Positions 1-12,000 of a stretch of DNA of 64,000 bases are shown here, piece after piece. Within the stretch, counting starts at the first letter, position 1. Each line of letters opens with the position of its first letter. The DNA is from Macrostomum lignano (lineage: Eukaryota), in NCBI GenBank assembly GCA_002269645.1, contig NIVC01003685.1, positions 1-64,000 of the forward strand. Direction: 5' to 3'. A model generated the notes under the pieces. The model made no database searches and had not been told where the DNA came from. It saw only the letters and a list, made by a program, of their open reading frames with translations. A program made the translations under genes and the position numbers.

Positions 1-3000
1 GTTGAAATAGTTGGGAAAGTCACTTCTTGTTGTGACAGTCCAGTTGACTTGGTAGCCGTGTTTTTACTGGTTGTCGTCGCATTTGTAGTAGTTGTAGCCG
101 TTGTTGTTGTTGTCGAAGCAGTGGTCGTTGTAGTTAGCTTCTGAGTAGTTGTTGTTGTGCGGTGGTTGTTGTTGGTGCAGCGGTTGAGGTGGTTGTTGTT
201 GGTGCAGCGGTTGAGGTGGTTGTTGTTGGTGCAGCGGTTGAGGTGGTTGTTGTTGGTGCAGCGGTTGAGGTGGTTGTTGTTGCTGCTTTTGTCGTGGTTG
301 TTGTAGCAGCCTTGGTTGTTGTTTTGGTGTTGTGGTGTAGTTGGTGCCTTTGTTGTTGTTGTAATACTTGTAGTTGTAGTCGTCGCTGGCCTTGTAGTTG
401 TAGTTGGTGTTGTTGTTGTCGTTGGCGCTGCTGTAGTTGTAGTTGTTGCTACAGTCGTGGTTGTCTCGGCAATCACGTAACAGCCATGCAAAGCAACAGT
501 CAGATTGTATGACTTCTGGTCGATCACAAGAGGTACAGATGGTCTTACAACAACTTGTGTCAATACGCGGTGGGGAATCATTCGCTCTTCCTTATTTCCA
601 ATAAGTTTTCTTCCAGATTCGGGATAAACTCTTGTTGTCTTGGCACCGTCCTCTGAATCTCTAGCACGTACGTCTTAAGGTCTCCACGGACGACGATCTA
701 AAATTAAAATATAATAATCTTAAGCATAAACATAATTTTAAGCATATATAAATTTTTTAACTGTTTACTTGTAGCGCCAATCTTACCGAATCAATTCTCG
801 TTGGTTTGACAAATGTGATTTTGACTTCCGGCTGGCGTCCAGCTTGCATAAGAGGAGCAACCCAGCCTTTAGATCTAACGTTACCCTTTGTTGAGGATAA
901 GTTAGCTGGATAAACCTCGATGCTTGAGTCAGGAATGTATTTCGGATTCGACATGCCGTCAGCATACTTGCCAGCGTCACATTCAGGCAGCGAAGGAGGT
1001 CCTGTGGTTGTCACTGCAGGTGTTGTTGTTGTCGCAGCTGTCGTTGTTGTTGTTGTAGCAGCTGTTGTTGTAGGAGTAGTCGTCTTTTCATTGATCCTTT
1101 CCGTTGGAGTAGTAGCGGTTGTTGTTGTTGTTGTCGCAGCTGTTGTTGTTGTTGTTGCAGCTGTTGTTGTTGTTGTTGTTGTAGGAGTAGTTGTCTTCTC
1201 CTTGATCCTCTCTGTTGGAGTAGTAGCGGTTGTTGTAGTCGCAGCTGTTGTAGTAGTTGTCTTTTTTGGTGTTGTTGTAGTTGTTGGAGCTGCAGTGGTT
1301 GTCTTCTCCTTAATCCTCTCAGTTGGAGTTGTAGCAGTTGTTGTAGTAGAAGCTGTTGTTGTTGTTGTAGCTGCTTCGGTAGTAGTGGGTGGCCGAGTCG
1401 GAATAATTGGTGGAAGTTTGGGTGTTGATCTTGTTGCAGTACCCGTGTATTCTGTCGCTGTGTTAGTTACTCCCATTGTTGTTGTACTAGCTGGAGTCGT
1501 AGTAAATGATGGAATTGATGGCAGCTTTGGCGTTGATCTCGTTACAGTACCTGTGTATTCTGTTGCTGTGTTAGTTATACCCGGTGTGGTCGTGGCAGTT
1601 GTTTCTTTCAGGCAAGCAAATACCTTCAAGCCAGTAACGTAGTCTTTGTCAGCTGGATTAGAAGTTGAGCGCAGAGTGACTCTAAACGCCGTCAGTGTTA
1701 GGCTCACATTCGCAGAGCCCTTCAATGGCGTTCCATCCAATGGGAATGGCCGAAGTCTTGATGCATCGGGTGTCACGATTTCAAGAGCAAAGTCCTTTAC
1801 GTTTCCACCGACTTCAATTCTGTCAACCTCGAATGGAACATTTGTGCTGTTGACAATGATTTGCACAAGGCGGCCGTCAAGGTCCTTAGGCACTGTCCAC
1901 GTTCCCTTTCTAATTTCTGGGATTGTTGATGAATAGTTGCTGGGCCTAACAGAGATCCAAGAATCCGGGATGTATTTCGGGCTCGACATTCCTTCAACAA
2001 TCGGACATTTAGGTGTCGTTGTTGTTGGCATTGCCGTTGTTGTGGTTGTAGCAGCCGTAGTTGTAGTTGTAGCAGCTGTTGTTGTAGTTGTAGCAGCTGT
2101 TGTTGTGGTTGTAGCAGCAGTAGTTGTAGTGCTGGCTGTTGTGGTGACATGCGGCCGAGTAGGGAAAGGTGGTATCGATCTGGTAACACTGCCTGTCGAA
2201 GCAGTGGCTGTGTTGGTAATTGCCGAACTTGTAGTTGTGGCCACTGCCGGGTTAAGGCAAGCGACGACGTGAATGCTGAACTGATAGTTCTCAGCCTTGG
2301 CGTCCGTGTTGTTTCTTAGAACCATACGAATCTTCTGAACATTGGCGTGCGGATCAACGTAGATGATCTCGTTGCCAGAACTTGGATAAGAGCTGGACTC
2401 TGGGTAGCGAGTCATGTTACTCTCACCGTTGTACTGGAAATATAGATCGTACAGCTTGACACTACCGGACACCCTGAAGCGGTGCATCTTGGCAAACTGA
2501 TACTTTCCACCATCAGTTAAGTCAATTTCAACAGTCGGACGCTTGGCTGGAGACGGGTCGCTGGGCACTGGCACAATCACTCCAGCCGCATCGGCTCGAA
2601 TAGAGTCGATAGAGTTCTTTGGCGCCGGCTGCACCTTGATCGCACGAGAAGAAATCTCTCTTCCTGACATAATTTCGTCACAAGGCGGCTTTGTTGATGG
2701 CGCAGGTGTCGTTGTGGTTGTTGCCTCTGTGGTTGTAGTTGTTGCTGGGATTCGTTGGAAGCATCCGATTACCTCGATTGTGAATCGGAAATTTGTCTGA
2801 GACTTATCGGCTGGCTCAACTGGGATGATCTTCAGCTTCTCAACCTCTGGCTCCGGCTTCGTCACGATATGTTTGTTGGCTGGGATCTGAGTCACAATCG
2901 ATGGGAATGGCTCAAAGCTTGACCTACCCTTTAGCTGGTACATCATTCGGAAGGTCTTAACGGTGCCTCGCACAGCAAAGCTAGCGATTCTTGGTGCAGC

Positions 3001-6000
3001 TGTCTTGCCACCATTTGTAAAGTCGATGATAACTTGACTGCCAGTCAGTGGGGCCACCCAGCCGGTCTTTCCGGCTCTGACCTCAGTCACTGGGACTGCT
3101 GTGCTACCGCTTGAAACGGCGGTGATAGCCGAATCCTCAATATAGGCAGGCTCTCTCATTCCGTCAGTCAGTGGGCAGATGGTAGGAGCCGGTGTAGTCA
3201 CGAATGGCTTGGACTTAAAGCAGCCACGGATAGAGATCTTCACATCGTAAGTGCTGTCAGAGGAGTTTGTTGGGCCAGTCAAAACAATCTTGACCTGAGT
3301 CCAGTCATTCTGAGTAATCTTGGCTGGAACCAGGCTTGGCCAGTTCAGTGAGCCAAACGGCTTGAACTCGCTCGAGCCCTTCTTCGTGTACAGCAGGCTG
3401 AAGGACTTAGCATTGCCAAAGACTTGTACAGTGTCCAAGAAGGTAGGCTCATCAACTCCGCCACGAGTTAGGTCGACAACAACGCTCGGATTGTCTTCTC
3501 CGGGTCTTGCTACAGGGACCTTCCAGCCCGAACCGGACGGTCGGATATCATTGACTGATCCCCAGGCAAGGCGTGGGTTCACTGTGATGGAAGTTGGTGG
3601 AATGTACAGGTCGGCGTTCATTCCCTCGGTGATAGTGCAAGATGGTGTAGTCGTTGGAGCGATTGTTGTTGTTGTTGTTGTTGGAGGAATCGGTGTTGTT
3701 GTTGTTGGCTTCAAAGTTGTAGTTGTAGTTGAAGGTGTTGTGGTTGTCACTTTGTAGCATCCCAGAGGCTCGAAGTTAATTGATGCCGGTGCGCCAGGGA
3801 TAACAAACGAAATGATCTCCAGTCGCACGTAGACTACCGTCTCGACGAAACTCTTGCGGAAGATAAATCGGCCGGTTGAGGCAAAGTCGCTGCCTGAGAA
3901 CACTTTAGTGACGCTGGCCTCAGTGTAAGGGTTGAATACCCTGCCAGTTGCGTCACTGTACTTCACTCTGAAGAATTTCACGTTAGATGTCTTAATTTCG
4001 AAGCCAGTAAACGGAATTCCGAAGCCCAACTTGATGGTCAACATCTCATTCATTGTGCCACTGGTCGATGGCCGCCAGCCGGACTTGCCGGGGCTAGCCT
4101 CAGATGCGATACCAGACGTACCAGTGTAGCTCTGGATGGCTCTCATCGGCGTCATTGGATCAGTGCACACTGCAATTGTAAATTAAGTTACTTTTATTGG
4201 TTTTTAAAGCTCAAATATACAACCCCGAAATAATTATTTTCCATACCGTGACGCTCGACAAACGCGGTAGTCGTCGTTGGCATCGGTGTTGTGGTAGTTG
4301 TGGTCGGCAGCGGCGGGGTTGTTGTCGTCATACAAAGCTTGTAAGCCACGCACACGGTTCTGTAGCGGATGTACCTGACCTCGCTTGTGCTCGAAGGGCA
4401 AGATGGTGCGGAGCAGCAGTGCTGGTAGTCGCATGTTCTGGCGGCTGCTGCAGTGACAAGCTCCAGACTGTCTGCAGGGAAGCAGCCGGGGATCTTGCAG
4501 ATGCCACAGTCGGCGCATCGTAGTGTTGTTGTCGTCGGTAATGGTGTCGTAGTTGTCGGTCTCGGGGTAGTGGTTGCTGTTGTTGTGGTGACATTCTGCG
4601 GCGTGCATACGGCACAGCACTTGCCAGGCGGAACCTGGCGCACAGAGTCTGGTGGGCAAACGAACTTCGGGCAGTCGGGCCGTCTATCAGACGTCTGGAT
4701 TTGGTTGTCCACGCACATGTGCGTCTTGCACGGATCGGTCGGGTTTTGCCATTTCTCTCCGTTCTAAATGGGTGAGTCAGCAGAAAAGTTGCAAGTAATT
4801 AAGTCAACGTTTATTGAAAAAATATCATTATAATACAAAAACGATAAATGATGAAATCACACCTTTCTCAAAGCACCATTCTCGTCTTTGCAGTAACAGT
4901 TGGCCTGGTTAACGCAGGTTGTACCGTTGAAGAACAGATAGGCGCCCTTACATTCGCAGTTGCATTCGCCGCGAGAAACGCACGAGCCTTTAAGATAGTG
5001 GCAGATCTTCTCTCGGCACTTTCCAGTGGAGTTGACGGACTCTTCGTAGGGCTTGGCGCAGGAGCAGCCCGGAGCCGTCGTTGTTTTTGGCGCCTCAGTT
5101 GTGGTCACAGTGCAGTTCTTCACCGTGTTACACGACATTGTGAAGGACTCGCCGCAGGTGCACTCTCGGCATGGAATAACGCTACCAGTGGAGTCCACCT
5201 CTTTGACCACACCGTGGATCTGCGCATTGGTTTTTAGAGAAAACATTTTGAGCGAGTCATAAATACATCAATCATTAATACTCTAACTTTCTGTAAAAAT
5301 GCGTACCGGAACTCTCTTGCCGTTGTAATTGCAGCTCTTTGTGCACGTCTTCTGAGCGAAGCAGTGCTTTGCACCTCCGAATGTGGCGCTTCTAACTTCC
5401 GAGCTTCCGTAGCCTGGCAGAGCCTCGCTGCAGGTGCACTTTGGCTCGGTCTTGAAAAGGCCCTTGGACAGACAGTATAGGTTCTGCTCGTCCAAACTGC
5501 CAACTGTCTCGTTGCAAGGCAGCTCGCACACCTTCAACTCTGTGCAGCTTGACGTGCAGCCGCAACGGCAGCTGGAATCGAAGTTGGCCTTCACATCCTT
5601 GTCAGTCTAAAAAGTTTTAGTGCGACAGTTAATTCTAGACTGAACCTACATGTACTAATTGAAGTAAGAACATTTGCTTGTGGGTAGAAACATACCGGAT
5701 ACTTCTTCTGGCAGATTTCCAAACATTGCGCTTTCTCAGCGGCGCTGATGGCGACACTCTTGCACTCGACCATGGCGGCCGTAGTGCACGAGCAGACACG
5801 CTTGCAGGACGTACCGACGGCTGTCTCAACCCAGGTCTCATTGATCTGCAATCGCGTCAAAAGAAAGGAGTGTAATTCGGGTGCTCTACTGTTAAAATAA
5901 ATTTGTCAAAATAATTTATTTCGTACTGATTTCTCCACAGTACGGTTGGTCGCAGGATCCAGGTAGTGGCAGACACGCTTGGGCGCAACTGTAGTCGTAG

Positions 6001-9000
6001 GCGGCAATGTGGTCTCCGGGCCCGTTGTGGGCGGCTTAGTGACGCATGATGGACAGCAGTCGGCAGTCACCATCATTGAGCCGGCCTGAAGTTAGTGATT
6101 AAATAGTTTTATGCAATAGTGGTTTTTAGAAGCGTACGGTTTAACAACAGCGGTATCAACACTAACCGGGCACGTGACACTCTTGCATGGAACTCGGCCC
6201 AGATTGCTGATCGTGTTGTTGGCGCAGGTGTATCGGATGCAGTCAACAACCCAGACATCTCCAGCGGAGCGGACCTTGCCGTCGGGCGATCGACAGCTGC
6301 AGTCCTCTGACTTTACGCAGTGGTTGGTGGAGTTCATTCTGTAGCCAGATGGGCACTGGCAGCCGCTTTCGCAGGGGAATTTTCCCTCCGAGCTGCACTC
6401 CGGCTCGATGTAGTGGCACTTGCGGCACTTGCGCATGCAGTCAGACGGCTCCATCGGGGCCGCGCACATGGGCGTGGTTGTTGTTGGCGGCGCGGTGGTG
6501 GTCGTAACGACTCTAGTAGTCGTGGTGGTGCCACAGGAGCACTTGCAGCAGGCATCTCCGGAGAAATGCACGATTGAGCAGCTACTGCCACACTCGATGG
6601 AGCAGGACTTCTTGCGGATCCAGGCGCCAGACTCGCACACCTGGCTGATGCACTCGCTGATGACCTTCTTGTCTCCGCTGGCGCAGATCGGAGTAGTTGT
6701 TGGCGCGACGACTGTTGTGCTCACTTCGAAGCAGGCAGAGATAAGCAGGCCGGACACGGACGGGTTCACCTTGACGCCTGAGCCGCGGGGGAATGTGACT
6801 CTCACGGCCGTGGCGGAGACTCCGTCAGTTGTTTCATTGCTGAAACTGAGCGAGACAAGACCGCTGGAAGATGGCGTGGCTACTCGCTTCGAATACCAGA
6901 TGTCGCTGCCGCTGGTAAACTCGACCTCCACTGATCGGGCTCTGGTGGCTGTCAGCTCCAGCTTCGTGATGATGGTTCGGCTGCCTGGTCGCGGCGTGAT
7001 AGCGAACACAAGCCTTGGCTCATCATCTGATGCGTCTGGACTCCAACTGCTGTTAGCCGGGGCGCCCTTCAGCGCCTTGAGCCGGTCGATGTTGTTTGAG
7101 CTGGCGCGCATCTCGAACTTGGAGCCAGAATCGCTGGCTAGAGTGATCTCGTGGTGCGTGCACTTCATCAGAGTGGTTGTGGTCGGTGTCACAATCACTG
7201 TCGTTGTTGCCAATCGCTCGCACTCGCAGCACCGGGTTGGGTTAGTCGGGTACTGACGCAGGATAAAGCCTGGGGCGCAAGTAACGTTGCACTCCTTCCT
7301 GGAGGAAATCACGCCCTTGGAGCAGGTGTAGATGGCACAGCCCGAGCGCCAGGTCGAGCCCTCAGAATGCTTAACGCCGTCCTTGTCCAGACAGGCTGGC
7401 GGCGGTGTGGTCGGGTTCACCTCGCAGCGGCAGCAGCTTCCAGATGGCTGCACAAGCCTGTAACCCGGGGCGCAAGTTGTCAGCTCGCAGATTGGAGTGC
7501 AGGTGCGTACACAGTTCACCTTGTACTGGCAGTTCTTGTCACAGTCGGTGCCGTTGACGCGGAAGACACGACCAATCGGCTGGTTGTCTGGCTTGCAGAC
7601 GCATTGATTCTCGTTGACACAAGCTCCCGAAGATGACAAAACCATACCTTCGGCACAGACCTTCGACTTGTCCATGCAGCACTTGCCCTCAGAGTCAGGT
7701 CGGACGCCGTCGGGTAGACTGCAGGCACTGCGGCCAGCGAGCACATCGTCGCAGGTTCTTGTGCATCGGCAGTCAACGCGCTCCATTCCCGCGGGGCAAG
7801 TCGGCGTTGTTGGAACCGTCGTTGTAGTTGTGGTGGTACTGCACACCGGGCAGCACTTGCCCGACACGGAGATGGCCTTGCTGCCAGGTGGGCAGGTTGT
7901 TGAGCACTTCGGCGAGCACTTGACATCGTTGTTGGAGCACTCGCACACGCGGCAGTCAACCTCCCACTTTTCTCCAGGCTGCAATGAAGTTTTGAGATGA
8001 TCAACAATACGCTACATTCCAGATGCTTTGTAGATGTGTCATTATTAATGCTCGCACTTTTCCTTTCTGATCGACAAAGTTTTTCTCAACCCTCCTGTCA
8101 CGCCAGCAAGGCATGACACTATTGACTTTTACAATATTAAAAAATGGGAAATTTTTAATACCATTGGTCAGACAGGACCCCCCTGATGCCTGAAATCTAA
8201 GACATTTTTGCTCTTGCGCCTCAGTCCCCACTCTAAGTTGAGTCTGGCTCCAACTGGAATTTCAACGCCCCTCTCAACGGAGCTCAGTTTTCCTCTCTCT
8301 AGCAACATTTTCTCTGGATTGTGTTCCGCGTCGCGCAGCTGCCCCTCCGAGAGACGCCATATGGCGGACGAGCCGCTGAGGCGCCCCCACCCCACCGCCG
8401 ATCCTCCCGCGCTCCTTCGCTGCCACTTCACAATCGCCGTAGCCGTGCTCAGATCCTTCCCCAAACAGGGCGATTTCACTTTCGCGAAATTCTTTCAGCT
8501 TGAAAAATTCAAAGCGCAGCGAAATTCAATCGCCTGAGAATTTTTCCCCATAGCTTTAAAAAACGACGCCCACGCTGCCATTGCGTGTATGACGAATGCG
8601 ATTACTAATCATCAGATTCAGCAGTAGTTCAAGTTTCGAAATTAAAAGATCTTTTCTGCTTACCTTTCGCACAACCTTGGCGACATTGTCGTAGCACATG
8701 CAGTGCGACTCTGGCTCGCATTTCTCGCCGTTGGAGACCATGCCAGACGGACAGACGCAGCCGGACTCGCACTCGAACTCGGACATCGAGCAGCCAGTCG
8801 GGTTGGTGTAGCGTTGGTAGTGGCACCGCTTCGGACACTTCGGCGCGCAGTCGACGCGAATCTTTGGCGCCGGGCAGGCAGCCGTTGTCGTGGTGGTCAG
8901 CGGCGTTGTGGTCGTTGGCGGTCGAGTGGCTGGCTCTGTAGTGGTGCAGTTGCCGTGACAGCACTGCTCGTCATCGCCGTACATGCACTCGCGGTTGCCG

Positions 9001-12000
9001 TCGCAGCGCTTCGCGCAGTACTTGCGCTCACCGCGGCAGATGATCAGGCCGGGCCCGGTGCAGAAAGCTGCATCAGGAGAATGGAAATTATGTTGCTAGT
9101 TTGATAAATTTTAAAACACTAAAGATGCACTATTCGGTCTTACGAGTAGTAGTTGGAGGAACCGTAGTAGGGAAAGTTGCGCAGTCGCCCAGGTAGTAGG
9201 GCTTGCACTCCAAGGAGCCGGCAGTGCAGGTGCACTCCTGGCACTTGTAGATAATCTTCTTGCCGTAGGCGATTTTCTTGCCGCCAACAACGCAGCTGCA
9301 CTGCTCGCGCTTCTTGCACACGCCGTCCTCTAAGAACTCGCCGTCGGGGCAGAAGCAGCCCTCGACGCAGGTGCTCTTGCAGTCGGACGTGATGGTCTCA
9401 CCCTTTGAGATGTCGATGCAGCGCTGGGGACAGGTAGAGCCGCAGCGCTTGTAGACCATGGTCTTGGGGCACATGACGGCTAAAAATTGTGAACGAGCAA
9501 ACATGTTTTTTTATTTCATTAGCATTTATTATATGCTATTCTGCTACTAAAAAGATGAGAATTTATACTCACGACAGTCATCCGGATTTCTCCATTTGAT
9601 CTTAACGCCCATCTCGTTGCACCTCAGTACGTACTGAGACACAGCTGTGCAGTAACAGAGACAGTCGTCCAGCTTGCAGGCGCAGGTATCCATGACGCAC
9701 TTGTCATAGAACTCGTTAACTTCAACCTTGGAGTGGCAAGACGTAAACTCAGAGCTGCGCAGAATTGCGCACTTCTTCTCAGCCCAGCGTTTGCGCTCAC
9801 TTGAGCATGGTGCAATTGGCGTCGGCGGCGGCTTCGGGCAGGTGTTGCGCACCTTCCACGAGTCTGCGAATGCAACCTTGTCCTCGACAACCTCGCCAGT
9901 GCGAGCTCGCAGATCATCGTCGCGTTTGTTGTTGAAGTTACCGCAGAGACCGCAGACCTTCTCCATCCAGTTGGGCTGCAGGGTGACGGACACCTTCATC
10001 TTCATGTCCCACTGGACTTCGATGCCATCCTCCGTGCGGAAGAACAGGTAGAAACCAGCTGGGTAAATCTCGTACTTGGCCTTAGGCAAGGTGACCGGCC
10101 AGTAGAGGTTTCGGCTGATGATTGGGTCTGTACCACGGACCAGGTGGACAACCACATCTCTGTAGGTGATCTTCACGGACTTTGTGCAGGACATGCCCTC
10201 TGCGCCGCACTTGATGTTCTCGCCAGTGATACGGAAGGTTCCGGCTGTGCCACCGCAGTAATCCTCGGCTAGCACGTAGCTGCAGGTGCCCATGAAGTCG
10301 TAGTAGCGACCGTCAAAGGTCTCGTAGTGAGGATCGCCCCAGACTCGGCAGGTGCTCGGGCACTTGTTGTTCGTGCACTGCCAGCTGCCTTTGCGACACA
10401 TGCAGTAGTTGTAGCACCGGGTGCTGCCTCGTGGCACCACGGAGTTCTCAGCGTACACCTTGCCAGCCATGGCGCACGGGCAGTTGCCCTTGTCAACGCA
10501 CTTGCCCTGGTGCAGAACCTGACCCTTGGGGCACACGCAGCCGCCGCTCTTGCAGGACGATTTCGGGCATTCGATGTTGATGTTTTCGCAGGAGCGCTGG
10601 CAATCGCTGCACTCGGACCAGACCATGCCAGCTGGACAGGTGTTGCTGTCAGTGCATGTGAGATTGGTGCACTCCCAGTTGCCGTCGGTGCAGGTACAGT
10701 TGTTGCACTTGTCCTTGCGCACTTGGCCGTTAGTGTAGGAAACACCGTTGTAAACGCACTTGCACTGGTTGCGCGGCACGCAGGTTCCCTTCTCCTCATC
10801 CAGAGCCTGGCCAGACGGGCACTGGCAGCCTTCGACGCACTCCTCAATACAGGGCGACGCCTCAACTCGCTTGCAGGTCTTTCCGCAGTTGCTGCCGCAC
10901 TCCTGGTACTCCATGGTCGGTGGGCACTTCACGGGACACAGGCTGGAGGAGCGCCAGTTCAGCACTTTGCCATCGAGAGCGCAGGACCGGGCGTACGAGG
11001 CGAAGGCTGTGCACTCGCACTGGGACATGACTCCCTTGCGTCTAGATCCGCAACTGCAGACGTCGTGCTTGCACTGCTCAAGGGCCCACTTGGGATCGAC
11101 GCGAGAATGGCAGGCCTTGAATACCGACTCGGTGTACAGCTTGTTGCACACAGATGTGGCATACGAATCGAACTCCTTGCTGGTGGCGCAAGCGCCATTG
11201 TACACAAACCTAGTCTTCGCGTCGCACGTCGGGTTGGTCTTCCACGATTTAGCAAACTGCCTAATATCCTTGACGTCAATGCCAGTTGGCGAAATGGTGT
11301 CGTCCTTCATGTCGTTGTTAAAGTTGCCGCAAAGACCGGTCACCTTGTTGCGGAAGGCCTTGCTTAGTCGGATCTGGATGCGAGTGCGGCCGTTCCACAG
11401 CAGATCGAAGCCCTTGTTGGTCTCAACTCGGAGCATGCTGGTGGACACCAGTCTGATGGTGATGTCGTGAACTTTGACTGGCAGACTGACGTAGGCGGAG
11501 TCGACCTTGACGCGGCTCAGGCTCTCCAGTCTGATCGTGTGCTGCTTCTCCCCTGAGCCCATCTGCAGTGTCACCAGCTTGGCGCACAGAACATCCGTGA
11601 CGCTGTCGCAGTATTTGTTCTCAACGTAAACCGCCACAGGGTACTCAAGAGACTCAGCAGCTGAACGCTGCGGCATCATCATGATGTACTCGCAGTGGCC
11701 CTCGAAGCTGAAGTGTCGACCGTCGAATGTTCTGTAGGTCGGGTCGCCAGACACTGTGCAGTAGCCGTAGCACTCGTCAGTTGGCGAGCACTTCCAGCTG
11801 CCACCGCGGTCGCAGACGCACTGCTCACACTTGTGGGAGTACTTTGAACCCACTGGGTAGCTGCGGCTGTCTCCAGCGCGGTTGCAAGGACAGTTGTCTC
11901 GAATAACGCACTTATGGCCATCCCAGAACCTGCCAGAGGGACAGAAGCAGCCGTCAACGCAGTGTGTTCCGCAGTCGTCGTCCACAGTGTTCGTTCCGCA

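Noticed and set aside
162-3757. Val/Cys-rich plus-strand ORFs (e.g. 920-1642, 1937-2272)
   Set aside because: Antisense shadows of the Thr-rich codons of the minus-strand mucin.
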